Shown: positions 26,799 through 40,162 of the stretch, one piece after another
Numbering within the stretch: position 1 is the first letter of the stretch
Layout: every line of letters begins with the position of its first letter
From: Eledone cirrhosa
Taxonomy: Eukaryota
NCBI GenBank assembly: GCA_964016885.1
Contig: OZ024751.1
Coordinates: 34,100,001 to 34,164,000, forward strand
Direction: 5' to 3'
Length of the DNA stretch: 64,000 bases
Position numbers and translations under genes: made by a program
Notes under the pieces: model-generated
What the model saw: the letters and a program-made list of their open reading frames with translations, nothing else
Told to the model about the DNA's origin: nothing
Databases searched by the model: none

Positions 26799-29700
26799 CT
26801 ACAGTCTGATGTAGAGTGAAGGCCCATTCACACGAGCCATTCTCGCCACTTTCACCCATCTTTCATAAAAACAGCTGGGGTGCAGCACCTCTCTCTCCAT
26901 CCTGATCCTTCTTCCGAAATGATATCGGAAGAAACGGACCAGTTGTTGGCCAGAGAAAAAGGTGTCTGACCTCAGTCCTTTCAGACACGTCCACCATTCA
27001 ATCTCTTTCACCATGGCTATTACGCACAGAAACACCGCCTCTCCTTCGTTTTTGAAGAGGGGAGGCGGCTTGGTCGTTACAATAGACTCGGTGGTCAACC
27101 GGATCGGTCCCACCCGTGACAGCAGTCCTTCAACATAGCCCCACAGATCGGCAATGCCCGAGCAGTGTACCAATGCGTGTGCAACGGTTTCCTCGTCGCA
27201 CACGCATCTGGGACAGATCTTTTTCGAGGGGTCCCTACCCGGGTGACCGTGTCTGTAGAGCCTTTCTCGAACGGGCAGAGCCCCTCGGTAGTACTGCCAG
27301 GCCAGGGACCTCTGGAAGTTATCCATAGGTCCCGGGCTGAATGTCCTACCGAACAGGTTGGCCAGTTCGTTTTCCTCCATGTCTAGGGCTTCTCCGAGGG
27401 CGTCGTCACACCTGCTAACCACCAGCCCTCTATAGAATGACGAGGTGGATTCTCCACTGACAGCAGGGTCCGCCTGCCAGATAGACGTGAGCGCCTGGGC
27501 ACACTCGGTGTGCCAGGCGCCCAGTTTTCTCGGTCTTTGCTTGACCCAGGATTGCAGCTCGGTGAGCGAGACGAGTCTGGGAAAGGCTCGCCTCACAAAC
27601 GGGGCCTACATCGGTTGACCAGTGAGGAATACCTGGAGGTGCCGTAGCCTTAATGCGTGTTTGCGCATCATCAGCCACGGCATCCCCAGCCCTCCTTTCG
27701 AAGGGTGTTGACAGCAGATGGATCTCCTCATCATAGGAGCCCGTTTCTTCCAAAGGAATTGGAAGAGTGCGCGCTCCATTTTGGCGAGCGTTTCCCTTGG
27801 GCAAGGCACGACGGTCAGGCGGTAGTAGATGACGGACGCTATATAAGTGTTCGCCACCTCCGCCCGACCTTTCAGGGACAGTTTGCACTCGGCTCACTTC
27901 TGGGTCAGTGCAAACACCCTGTTCGCTACCTCACCCCAGTTCTTCTCCACCTGGAGGTCTGGTCCAAACCAGACCCCGAGCAACTTCACCGGGCCCTCCG
28001 TCCAGCGCCCGACGACGCCATCGGAGGGCATCGATCTGCCCCTCCACGTGCCGAGTTGCAGACCGATCGACTTGTCCCGGTTCAGCTTAGCCCCTGTAAA
28101 CCTTTCGTACTCCTCCAGTAAGGTGCCGATCGCCCCGATTTCCGAGGCCGTCGACACCATTACTGTTACGTCATCGGCGTAGGCCGACACCGCTTTCTGC
28201 AATCCCGGTTCCAACGGGATGCCCTGTAACAACTCCAACTTCCGCAGCAGTGGCTCTAGAGTCATTACATACAGAAGGGAGGAGAGATAGAGCACCCTTG
28301 TCGGATGGACCGCGTGATTTAGAACGGCTCCGAGAGGTAGCCGTTCACCTTGACCCTAGAGCAGATGAGGCTGCTGTGCATGGCAGTGATCCAGCCCCTG
28401 AAAACGGGCCCGAAGCCTGCCGCCGCTAGCACCGCATCCAGGTCACCATGGTCGACCCTATCGAACGCCTTAGATTGAGCCAAGTTGATCAGGGCCCCAC
28501 CAAAGCCGGGTTCGTTCCCAACCCTCTCTAGGATGTATCGCATGAGGTGGAGGTTGTCGTGGATGGACCTGGACGGGATAGCACATGTCTGCGCATCTCC
28601 CACCAGGTTGCCCACGACAAGCGCCATCATCTTTGCTAGCACCTTGGCCAAAATCTGTAACTCTGTATTTAGCAGAGTTATGGGCCTGAATTATTTATAT
28701 CGTCCCCCTTGTTCTCGTCCTTCCTCACTAGCGTGACTACACCCTTGGTCACAGCACAGGGAATTCTCCCGTTCTGTTGCTAGTTGCAGTAGACCACCTC
28801 GAGGAGATCGGGGAACAAGTCCGGCATAGCTAGATATAGTTCGTATGGAAGACCATCGAGACCCGGGGATTTGCGTTTGCAGCATTGGCTCAGCACGTCC
28901 CCTATCTCAGCGGCTGAAATCGGCTCCTCGCAGGACTTCGCCTCCCTGTCCGAGAGACGCGGCAGGCCGTCGAGGTATGAACCGAAGTCCACTTCCCCAA
29001 CCGGTTCCCCGCCCCTTCCGAACAATCTGGCAAAGTGCTTTTGAAAAGCCTCGCACATCTGCTTAGGTTCAAGGATCACCCGTCCATCCTGGTCTCGCAA
29101 TGACCGGATAGTGGATCTGCTCCCTCTTTTGGCTTCTGTCACGCGGGCCCAGCTAACAGCTTTGGTCTCCTCGTTTCCCAGAGCACGTATTTTGCTTCGG
29201 ACGATGCAGCCTTCGTATTTCGCATCGAAGAACTGGCTCAGGGTCGTTCTCGACGCTAGCACTCTGGCCACGTCGCCGCTTCTAATTGCCTCTTCTACAC
29301 TATCTACCAACTCCCTTTCCTTCCTATTTCTATTTGAGGCTAACTCCTTACTAAATTCTATAGAGACTACTCTAATCTCTCTCTTGAGAGATCCCCACCA
29401 CCTGCTGTTGACGATGGCGCTCGTCAACCACTCCTTAACTAAAGTGCTAATCTGGTCCCTGTAAGCCTTACTTGCCGGTAAGGACAAGTTGAGCTTCCAG
29501 TAACCGGGTCCCTGTCTATGCTTTCTGTGAAGGTTGACTATGCAGGTCCCTAACTTGTGGTCTGAATAGCCAACCATGAGCATTTTTGGACAACTTAAAA
29601 AGTCCTTATCCTTATTTCTAACTAAGAACCTATCTAGGTACGACCTAGATGATCCGCTGCGGTTTGCCCAAGTCCAGGTTGGCGCATTCGGAAAATCTAG

Positions 29701-30237
29701 TCGATATCTATCGGCCAGGTCAAATCGACCGATTAACCCCTTGAGGATGTTACAACCCTCTCTATCGAGACAGGCCCTTGCGTAGTCCTAACGTGCATCT
29801 AGGATACCATTCCAGTCCCCCACTAATAGCAAGGAGCGGGACGTCCCTAGAAAAGTCTCCAGACGATGGGAGAAGTCCGGCCGCGTTGACCCGAAAGGGC
29901 CGTAGACGGCTACCAGCCTAAACGCTCCGCCTTCACCACTGCCAAGGTCCAGAACCACTAGTCCACCCTCCGGGTCCAAATGTACCGTCTGTGTTGCGAG
30001 ACCCAGATGTTTTTGCAGCAGAACGACACCCCCACCCCCACCTCCGGGCTGACAGAGAGATGCGTGCATCTCAAAGACATCAAAGGTGGGGGCCAGCTGT
30101 CGCACGTTGCTGATCCGGGCCTCGCAAATAACCATCACATCTATACGTTGTGACCTGAGGTCATTTAGAAGCATTGCTTGCTTCCAAGTTGAGCCCAGGC
30201 CACGCGCATTTAGACAGCCTACTCTTAGTATAGCCAT
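26799..30237 (-). pseudogene. Tx1/L1 ORF2 (AP endonuclease + reverse transcriptase + zinc finger), broken by several stops and frameshifts
   Basis: APE motifs LNARGL, ICEA, VAVYGP, VGDWN, SDH; GPGYWKLN; KSPGLDGLPYELY; QSKAFDRVDH; SAYADD; VKLLGVWF; KGGLGMP; C-terminal CPRC...ETVAHALVHC. Confidence 0.93.
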
Positions 30238-30438
30238 TTTGGTGGTGAAGAGAAAAGGCACTTACCTCTCTGCGTCCCGGGTATCGGGCTGCACAATTTC
30301 CATGAGGGTGGAGATGGGTTGTTGGGTGGGGTGGTGGTTTGTGGAAGTGTAGGGGCATCAGTGTGTTGTGTGGTTGGGGTGTTTGGAGTTGTGTGGGTGT
30401 TTGGGGAGGGGGTGGGGAAATGTTTTAGGAGGACGCGG

Positions 30439-31939
30439 TTAATGGGCCCGACGCAGGGGGGGGGGGGGCACGTCCTCTTTAAAGTTGTTTTTTAGTGTTT
30501 TATATGTGTCCTCTGGGGCCTTAATCATTTTGAGGTGGGGGAAATCCCCTGCCTGGGTGAAGTTAGGCCCTTGGGTTTTTACTAAATTGTTGTTGTATAC
30601 AATGTTTAGCAGTTTTTTATTTCTTTTTTTTATGTATGTGTATGCATGTTTTTGTTTTTGTGTGGTGTTTTTTGTTTGCTGTTGTGTGCTCTTTTGTGTT
30701 GGTGTCTGTGTTATGTTTTGGGGAGGGGTTGTTTTCATTTGTGTGTCTGAGGTGTGTTTTCTTTTTTTTCTTTTGATTGTGTGGAAGTGCTCCTCCTCGT
30801 CTGACGACGAACGAGGGTCATCTTCCGCGTTGGAGGGGAGGGGTAGATTTTCGGGTTGTGTTTGCGGTGCGGGTGTTTTGGAAATTGTTTTTTTTTTAGT
30901 GGGAGGGATGGGTTGGACAGTGTTTTGTTTTGGTTTGAGCTGTGGTTGTTGTTTTTGTAGTGGTGGTTGTGGTGATTGTGTTGGTTGTGCAGGCAGGATT
31001 GGGGTTTTCTTTTTAAGTTGAGGACAGACAGCCCTCAGGTGACCTCTGGCTCCACAGAGGTAGCACGAGGGCCGCCTACCCTCAACGGTAATGTTGATAA
31101 CAGTTTGATCATCCAGTATGACGCGTTCAGGAATATGGGCGATCCTTTCGGGCCTCATTTGAACTACAAGTTCGAGGCCCGTTCCACTGAACGCGTCACC
31201 CGATGCCTTTCCCATGGATATTAGTGTGTCATCGTCTAGGAATCCTGTCAATACGCACCATATGTCCATAATCGGAAGGATGGTGTGAATTTTTATTTTT
31301 TGTGTCCTTCTACCCATGTACGTAGGGTAGAAGGTGGATGTGATTGGTTTTATTGACAATTTCGCTGCCGTGTCCCTGTCCTTCATGAGAATGGATAGAC
31401 TCCCGTAGAGTCTATCCTTCTGAATGAATATGATGTCTTTCATGACATCTTTTAAAACCAGCTCTATCTCACTCTGTGATGGTTGAGCTGGTTTTTTTGC
31501 TTTTGTTTGAGACTGTCCTAAACATGACAATGTTTAGGAGTCTCTGGCTTTTTAGTTCGGGGGGGGGGAGGATCGACAATGATCCATTTTCCCTGTACAC
31601 TATGTATTTTTTGGCTTTGCTTATATCTACTGGCAGATAGTCGAGGGTTTTCCTTGCAGTCTGGGTGAAGGAGACCTTTTCCTTGTTCGTGTTGCTGTTG
31701 TAGTTGGTGGTGTTGTTGTTGTTATCATTGTTGTTGGTGTTGTTGTTTTTGTTGTCTTTATTGTTGCTGTTGTTGTCGTTATTGTTGTTGTTTTCGGTTT
31801 CTTGTGTAGTTGCGGCTACATCAAGTTGTCGGTCAGCAGGTCGGTCATCTGCTGCTGTGACAGTGGAAGGGGGGGGGGGGAGCTGTGAGTTTAGCTTCCC
31901 TTTTCTTTCTTTGAATGTTGGTGAAGATGCTTCAGCCAT
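30439..31939 (-). pseudogene. Tx1-type ORF1 (gag-like nucleic-acid-binding protein), one frameshift near 31500
   Basis: ORFs 31469-31948 and 30439-31530 overlap in different frames. Zinc knuckle VEGRRPSCYLCGARGHLRAVC (CX2CX4HX4C), Asn-rich N-terminus, Pro/Gln/Lys-rich C-terminus. Confidence 0.85.
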
Positions 31940-32155
31940 TTTTATCAAAGTAGGAAATTTTTCGAAAGATAAAATTTATTTTTTTTCACCACAATTTCGC
32001 CTAAAGGCGTAGAATAATTTGAGAGACTGACCAGATCAAAATTTGACCTGGCAGTCCCTCTACAAAATGGTACAAAAATGAAAGTTTACAGTTTGGAATT
32101 TCTATGGAAATTTAGGCAGAACTTACTCACCAAGTTTTACGCGTGTGTCCATCCC

Positions 32156-32309
32156 AGATAGATAGATAGGTAGATAGGTAGGTAGGTAGATAGGTAGGTA
32201 GGTAAGTAGGTAGGTAGGTAGGTAGGTAGGTAGGTAGGTAGGTAGGTAGGTAGGTAGGTAGGTAGGTAGGTAGGTAGGTAGGTAGGTAGGTAGGTAGGTA
32301 GGTAGGTAG
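32156..32309. repeat. (GATA)3 + (GGTA)n, right half of the Tx1 target microsatellite
   Basis: Direct reading; the left half (GATA)~20 is at 26451-26532. Confidence 0.95.
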
Positions 32310-32742
32310 AAGGATACTACATCTAAAAATAAAATTCCTGACGTAACAAATCCAAATCCAATTTTTTTATTGTAATATGAAATGGAAAAAATCCAAAATT
32401 TCACTTTTAAATATCAAGATATTATCAGGTTTTGTCTTGTACTTCATCTTTGTCATATCATCCAGGTTTCTCCATATTGGAAATTTTAGAATGTACAAAA
32501 CAATGGAATTATTTCTCTTTTTGCCCTTCCATATACGCTTTATCAGATATTTCATAATTTCCTTTTTCTTTTTTCTCATTCTTCTACTGCTTCGTATAAT
32601 GCCATGTGGGTTTGTTGTGGTGTTTCCTGTCGTTGTAGTTATATGATATTTCAAATATATTGAAAAAGTATTTTAGATAATGATATTGTTTTTCCTACAG
32701 TTTACTGTGACATTTTCGATGATTCATTTCATATAGGTATAA

Positions 32743-32814
<72 letters not shown>

Positions 32815-33148
32815 TGTGTGTGTGTGTGTGTGTGAGAAAGAAGTGGGGAGTCCAAAATGTCAGACTAAACACAATAGGGAAAAAAACATCACTATCTAAA
32901 CTATATTTTGAAAATATTTTCAATATTGTATTATATAATTATAACAACAATAGCACCAAACACCACAAATATTATCATGATAAAAACAAATATCATCAAT
33001 AACTGTGATAAAAACATATGATGAGAAAAGTGTGTTTGTGTCTGTGTGAGTGGGTTTGTTACAGAGATCTTGCATATGTTTGTAAAACAACAGTAATTTT
33101 CTACGTATATATATGTGTGCGTGTGTGTATACATACACACACACACAC

Positions 33149-33176
33149 ATATATATATATATACATATATATATAT

Positions 33177-33258
<82 letters not shown>

Positions 33259-33272
33259 TATATATATATAAT

Positions 33273-33321
<49 letters not shown>

Positions 33322-33718
33322 ATATATATATTATATATAATATATAATATATATATATATAATATATATATATAATATATATATATATAATATATATATA
33401 ATATATATATAATATATATATATAAAATATATATAATATATATATAATATATATATATAATATATATATATAATATAATATAATATATATATAATATATA
33501 TATATAAAATATATATAATATATATATAATATATATATATAATATATATATATAATATATATATAATATATATATAATATATATATAATATATATATATA
33601 TAATATATATATAATATATATATATATATAATATATATATATATATATAATATATATATAATATATATATAATATATATATAATATATATATATAATATA
33701 TATATAATATATATATAT

Positions 33719-33762
<44 letters not shown>

Positions 33763-33771
33763 TAATATAAT

Positions 33772-33805
<34 letters not shown>

Positions 33806-33912
33806 ATATATATATAATATAGATATAATATATATATATAATATATATATAATATAGATATAATATATAGATATAATATATATATATAATAAATATATAA
33901 TATATATATTTA

Positions 33913-33977
<65 letters not shown>

Positions 33978-34010
33978 TTATAATATATATATATATATAA
34001 TATATAATAT

Positions 34011-34042
<32 letters not shown>

Positions 34043-34087
34043 ATAATATATATATATATAATATATATATGTATATATATATATATA

Positions 34088-34133
<46 letters not shown>

Positions 34134-34180
34134 ATATATATAATATATATATATATATAATATATATATATATATATAAT

Positions 34181-34212
<32 letters not shown>

Positions 34213-34230
34213 ATATATATATATAATAAT

Positions 34231-34283
<53 letters not shown>

Positions 34284-34418
34284 TAATATATATACATAAT
34301 ATATATATAATATATATATATAATATATATATAATATATATATATTATATATAAAATATATATATAATATATATATAATATATATATATAATATATATAT
34401 ATACAATATATATATATA

Positions 34419-34456
<38 letters not shown>

Positions 34457-34475
34457 TATATATAATATATATATA
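33149..34475. repeat. 1.3-kb degenerate (TA)n/(TATAA) array
   Basis: Almost pure A/T with periodic AA interruptions. Confidence 0.97.
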
Positions 34476-34537
34476 AAACTAACAGTCGGCGTGACATATG
34501 GATCATTCCACTCCTTGTTATATATATATATATATAT

Positions 34538-34955
34538 AATAATGAAATGACAGGAGGCTGGATTTGTGTAAATCCTTGAAAGGTTTATTATACTATGATC
34601 ATTTCAATGACCGGGTTCCGTATGAATCCGGTGATATCATTCGAAATATAATACGTGAATGTAATAGATAAAATCCATGGGCTGAAAATCGAGGACCCGA
34701 GGGCGACCGCTATTCTGTTCCTTCAACCTCATACGGAACCCGGTCATTGAAATGATCATAGTATAATAAACCTTTCAAGGATTTACACAAATCCAGCCTC
34801 CTGTCATTTCATTATAATATCTAACTCCGTAATAGCACCACCAACTACAAAAACAAAGACGGTTGAACTGCCTTACGTTGAGTACTCTCTATATTATTGC
34901 ATTACGATTGACCATACGGAATAGACCAGCTCTATACAGTGGTGAACCTCAAACC

Positions 34956-34959
<4 letters not shown>
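34538..34959 (+). mobile_element. Inverted-repeat element (88-bp identical arms, 103-bp spacer, ~143-bp tail) in (TA)n
   Basis: 34538-34625 is the exact reverse complement of 34729-34816. The arm contains the hammerhead-like 3' half GAAAT-gatc-AT-A followed by AATAAA. Confidence 0.75.
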
Positions 34960-34992
<33 letters not shown>

Positions 34993-34994
<2 letters not shown>

Positions 34995-35189
34995 CGGAGG
35001 AAATGTGGTAAGGAGCCAGGTGGACCATAACGCACCAAAGTACTCAATACTTAGGGTAGTAGAGTGGGTAATAGGAACGAGTAGGACCCCGACAGCTGAG
35101 CTCAAGCCGTTTCGACGGCTAATTCTAGACTAGAATTAGCCGTCGAAACGGCTTGAGCTCAGCCGTCGGGGTCCTACTCGTTCCTATTA
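34993..35189 (-). mobile_element. Fold-back palindromic element, family B copy 2, in (TA)n
   Basis: Arms 35069-35128 / 35130-35189, tail 34993-35068. Reverse-orientation homologue of 3623-3821. Confidence 0.8.
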
Positions 35190-36519
35190 TATATATATAT
35201 ATATAACAAGGAGTGAAATGATCCATATATCACGCTGACTATTAGTTTTATCTTGCCTTTCTTCAGAGTGAATATTTTGCTATATTTATAATTTATATGA
35301 AATTATGATCGAACTAGATGAGAACCACATATTCATGCCTACTCCCTTATTTCAAAGTAAATTTATAAAACAACTTGGGTATCTTCCCAATATTTTGAGT
35401 TGAACAGTATATCTAGAACAACTCCTATGTTTTACCTTATTATTCATCTATCTCACTTTCTTTCCATCCTTTATACCACACGTCTTTCCTTATGCCAAAT
35501 TGAAAGTAAGTTTCCTATATATGTATGTTAGTGACATTTTAATTTGTACATTTTTTGTGTACTTGGTATATACTGGCTTCTCTTAAGAGAGGGATTAAAA
35601 CAGTTGGTAAAGGTTGAGACACTAAAATGCAACTCAGTATATTTCTCTGTAATTATGTTTGGCACTACACTATTAAAAGTTGACACTTCCCTGTGGGTAA
35701 ACGATTAAATCAGCGGGGTGGACAATACAGTTTGAGTATATAATATTCTTCACTTTGCTAAAATATTCTCAAAGAAATCGATATCTAACTCCTCTTCCAC
35801 GATCCCTTCCTCTTCATTCACAACTTTATTCTATTTCATCAAATGTTGATACCTCACTACCACTTTATGTCCATCATTTTCAGTTGTTCATGAAATTATT
35901 TCGAGTTTATAGTGTATCTCTGGTGGTGATGAACATATATACAGAAATAAATTTTCTCAGAAAGGTTTCTCCTTATACCAAATACATATACTGAGCTTTG
36001 TCCATAATTATTCAATCTAGCTGTGGAATCAGGTTTATGAAGGTATTTTCAATAAATTTATATGGGGATTAAGACGACTGCTTTCGTTTTACTTATGACT
36101 CATGAGGATTTCTTTGACTCTCCTTTCCTAAATACTGAGATAAATGTAAACAATATTGGGTTAAATACAAACCTATTTGTATAATGGAACAAATTTGATG
36201 ACCTATGTTTAGTTTCTAAAGTAACAATACCACGTGCCTCAGAAATATATATACAAACTCTATATTTTCCTTTTATATTTTTATATATTAAATCTCAGGT
36301 GAAGAGACGTTATATCCTTCGCCCAATATTCTTGAACACCAAAGAAAATATCGTCTCTCCACCCGATACTGGCAGCTATGTTCAATGACTGATTGATATC
36401 GAGTACCGCAGTGGTTCACAAAATGTACCACGGTCCTAATAATAGATTTCCTTTGACAAAATGCTTGTTAGCAATTTTCACATCAAAGACCGACATGTCG
36501 TAGGCCTATAGTTGGTAAC

Positions 36520-36665
36520 GACATTTTCCGTGATGGCCCTTTACGGTCTGAGTTCAAATCCCGCCGAGGTTAACTTTGCCTTTCATCTTTACGGGGGTCG
36601 ATAAAATAAAGTACCAGTAATGCACTGGGGTAATTGCTGGCCTTGTGCCAAAAGTAGAAACAGTT
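36520..36665 (+). mobile_element. tRNA-derived SINE family 1
   Basis: CTGAGTTCAAATCCCGCCGAGGTTAACTTTGCCTTTCATC...GGCCTTGTGCCAAAAGTAGAAAC. Confidence 0.85.
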
Positions 36666-37319
36666 ATCATTATTATTGCTATTGTTGATGTCGTTCGTGA
36701 ATTCAACATCTAAATCGTCACTATCATCACCACCAACATCACCATTATATATATAAGAGAGAGAGGGGGAAAGAGAGGGGAGAGGGGGCTGAGAGAGGGG
36801 GGGAGAGAGAGAGGGAGAGACTATTTCCAAACAGAACTAAGAAGAATAAAGAAAGAAAGGAAACACCATAAATCTTTATAAACTTACTGTTCCGTGTTGC
36901 TAGATACTTCTTGATAATTTCATGGTGAAACATAAATTACATATATATGTATGTATATATATGTGTGTGTATATATGTGTGTATATATATATGTGTATAT
37001 ATATATATGTGTGTATATATATATATGTGTGTGTATATATGTGTGTATATATATATATGTGTGTGTATATATGTGTGTATATATATATATATGTGTGTGT
37101 ATGTGTATATATGTGTGTATATATATATATGTGTGTGTGTACATGTGTGTGTGTTTATTGGTTTGGCTTATACTTGTACATGATTCTGATTTAAATTTTA
37201 TTTGCCGATATTAAGCAATGATTTATGTTGTTGTTTTTTATATTACCTTTTTTTACCTCTCGCCCCCCCCCCCCCCATACCCACTTTCTCCCAGTCCTTT
37301 TCTCTCACGCACTGACACA

Positions 37320-37358
<39 letters not shown>

Positions 37359-37899
37359 TCTCTCTGTATATATTTTTTTTTCTATCATGCCGTCGCTCTC
37401 TATCCTTATATTGCACTATTTCATAAAGAGAGCTGCAGCGACAAGGAAAATAAAAATATTTTATAATGTACTAATATATAAATGTATTATTAAAATATAT
37501 AACAAGTATATCTGTCTTCAAATAAATAAATACGTTTCTATATGTACTAAGCTGCGGTTAATGTATGTTTCAGGGAAATTAGCTTTTCACCCGTACAAAA
37601 TGTCTTCATATTTTATAGATCTTCTGGTTATATACCTGTGTATATGCTACGTATATATATATACATATAAACACACACACTATATATATATACATATATA
37701 TGTATATATATATATATGCATATGCACATATATATGTGCATGTGTGTCTGCATATTTATGTCTACAAACAAATACAAACACCCACATATATATATATATA
37801 TATAAGTAAGATGTATGGTAGGTCGTATGTGAATCGCGATGATCACGTCTGACCTACCAAATATGTGACGGTAGCTAGTTAAGCTCTTGTTCTTTTTCA

Positions 37900-37984
<85 letters not shown>

Positions 37985-38236
37985 CAGTCCAACTCCAGCT
38001 CTTTTAAAACTATTATTTGCTACTTTTATTGTTGTTTATAAAGTTTTTGAAGTGTTTGTTTTTCTTACTTTTTCTGTTCAAAAAGCTGATGTTATGCGAT
38101 ATTAGTGTTTAAAATCGAATATTAATTTCAAATTATTTAAATATATATATTGTTAGTTATTTGTTGTTGTTCTTGCTTTTGATGTACACACGTATGTGTG
38201 TGTGTGTGTGAATGTATGTATATATGCATATTTGTG

Positions 38237-38281
<45 letters not shown>

Positions 38282-38282
38282 G

Positions 38283-38410
38283 AAGGCGCATGGTTGAGTT
38301 GTAAGAGAATTGGATTCACAATCGTGAGGTTGTGAGTTCGATTCCTGGACCGGGCGATGCGTTATGTCTTTGAACAAGACACTTTATTTCACGTTACTTC
38401 TACCTGGAGT
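38283..38410 (+). mobile_element. tRNA-derived SINE family 2
   Basis: GGCGCATGGTTGAGTTGTAAG (A-box), GAGTTCGATTCC (B-box), then GTCTTTGAACAAGACACTTTATTTCAC. Confidence 0.8.
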
Positions 38411-38850
38411 TGCGACTGATATATAGTATTAGCAATTGGAAAGACCAACGGAAACATTGTTTCTTCGGTCCGATTAAACGAAAGTCGATCGGCAGTCGAT
38501 GCATATATGTGTGTGTGTGTATGTGTGTGTGTGTATGTGTGTGTGTGTATCTCTGTGTGTTGGATGTCACAAGTCAGTGAGAGGGGGTTAAAGAAATGCT
38601 ATTATCTTTCCAATTGGAAGATTTCAATGTGAATTAAATATAGTTATCACTCAATAGAAAGAATCAGATGTACTTCGTGATAGAGAGTGTGTGTGTGTGT
38701 TGTCTATAGCAGTGTGTGTGTATGTTGTCTATAGCAATGAATGTGTGTGTGTTGTCTACAGCAGTGTGTGTATGTGTTGTCTATAGCAGTGTGTGTGTGT
38801 GTTGTCTATAGCAGTGTGTGTGTATCAGTTAGAACAGCGTGTTTGTGTGT

Positions 38851-38887
<37 letters not shown>

Positions 38888-38984
38888 GTTGTTTCATTTA
38901 GCTATCACCAATCATCCAATGTCGATTCCGCAATGTTCGAGTTAATGAAATAAAGACGTATGTCGAATGTTTTCGCATAAGACA

Positions 38985-39297
38985 AGGTTAAAAACTGTTC
39001 TAAATATTTGGAACAGTCACTACCCCAAGGATTCCCCATACTGCTTCATCAACCCAAGCATGGTATGCAATGGGGGAAGCAAAGCCTTCCTGGGACTAAT
39101 CAGTGGCCTGTTTAAAGCATTCGTCCCTCCAATGTATTGCTCCCTTCTGTCTGACCATGTCTTTCACATCCAATGGTCAATGTTTGCTCGACTGTCTCAA
39201 AGACAGGATATTTAGTATAACAATGTTGTAGAGCAAGAAGCAATCTAATGACTTGCTAGTTCCCACGTATAGCCCAGTTGTGCTCCTCATACCACAC
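38985..39297 (-). mobile_element. Degenerate Chapaev3-like (CMC superfamily) DNA transposase fragment
   Basis: Manual translation across stops and one frameshift: YEEHNWAIRGN*QVIRLLLALQHCYTKYP / CL*DSRA..HW..KTW..R...GGTNALNRPLISPRKALLPPLHTMLGLMKQY. Matches my recollection of the GDLKV..GYTKYPCFLCLWDSRA..LLPPLHIKLGLMKQF block. Confidence 0.72.
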
Positions 39298-39423
39298 ATC
39301 CCGCCAAGGTTAGCTTTCATCCTTACGGGGTAGATAAATAAAGCACCAGTAATGCACTGGGGTCGATTTAATTGACTTTCCCCTCCCCTTCAAATTGCTG
39401 GCCTTGTGCCAAAAAGTAGAAAC

Positions 39424-39459
<36 letters not shown>

Positions 39460-39640
39460 AACAGTATCGGTAGAGCGTCGAACACCATTTTTCGTGGCAT
39501 AGTTACCTTCATTTGCATTCTGAGTTCAAATCCCACCGAGGTTAGTTTACGGAGTCGATAAAATGAAGTACCAGTAACGCACTAGGGTCGATGTAATCGA
39601 CTCCCACCACCCCTCAAATATTGTTGGTCTTGTGCCAGAA
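39298..39640 (+). mobile_element. Two tandem SINE family 1 copies separated by an (ATT)n tail
   Basis: Core and tail at 39298-39425, (ATT)n, then a second copy with B-box GAGTTCAAATCC at ~39521. Confidence 0.8.
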
Positions 39641-39939
39641 ATATTATTACTCCTACTACTAATCTGTTTTTAATAGTTTTCAGATTCCCTTATCGCTCCC
39701 AGACAGATATATATCAGCGAGAATATGTGGCGGTATTCCTTATTGTTCGGTAATCTCATCAATCATACTTCCTCTCTCTCTCTCTCTATCTACTCCATCA
39801 CATAGATACACTCACACATTCACATATATACTCTCCTCTCTATCACACACACACACACTCACACATATTCTCCTCTTCATCACATTCACACATCCTCTCT
39901 AAATTACACACACACACATACTCCTTTCTTTCCCACAGT

Positions 39940-40162
39940 TACACAAACAGTCAGACATGCAATCACACAGCTACACACAGTCAGACACAGTCACACAGTC
40001 AGACACAGTCACACAGCCAGACACAGTCACACAGCCAGACAGTCACACACCCAGACAGTCACATACACAGTCACACAGCCAGACAGTCACACATCCACAC
40101 ACAGTCACAGACAGACACACAGTCACACAGCCACACACACAGTCACACAGCCACATAGTCAC
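39940..40162. repeat. CACACAG(T/C)CA-based minisatellite
   Basis: Direct reading. Confidence 0.9.

Larger units (their letters stand above)
26533..32155 (-). mobile_element. Near full-length, disabled L1/Tx1-clade non-LTR retrotransposon (~5.6 kb) inserted in a (GATA)n/(GGTA)n microsatellite
   Basis: ORF1 with a CCHC knuckle followed by ORF2 with APE, RT and C-terminal CCHC in the expected order. The minus-strand 3' end AATAAAAAGAAA runs into (TCTA)n, and the 5' end GGGATGGACAC follows (TATC)3. Confidence 0.93.

Noticed and set aside
27116-31224. Plus-strand ORFs overlapping the Tx1 element
   Set aside because: Antisense shadows of the GC-rich ORF1/ORF2.
33176-34406. 373-aa Ile/Tyr ORF and the many similar YI, CV and HT ORFs across the window
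   Set aside because: Translations of (TA)n, (TG)n and (CA)n microsatellites.
35600-36300. Possible highly decayed CR1-like 3' region on minus
   Set aside because: Only scattered 4-6 residue resemblances; not supportable by eye.
38283-38360. tRNA genes at A/B-box motifs
   Set aside because: No complete cloverleaf; each runs into a multicopy SINE body.
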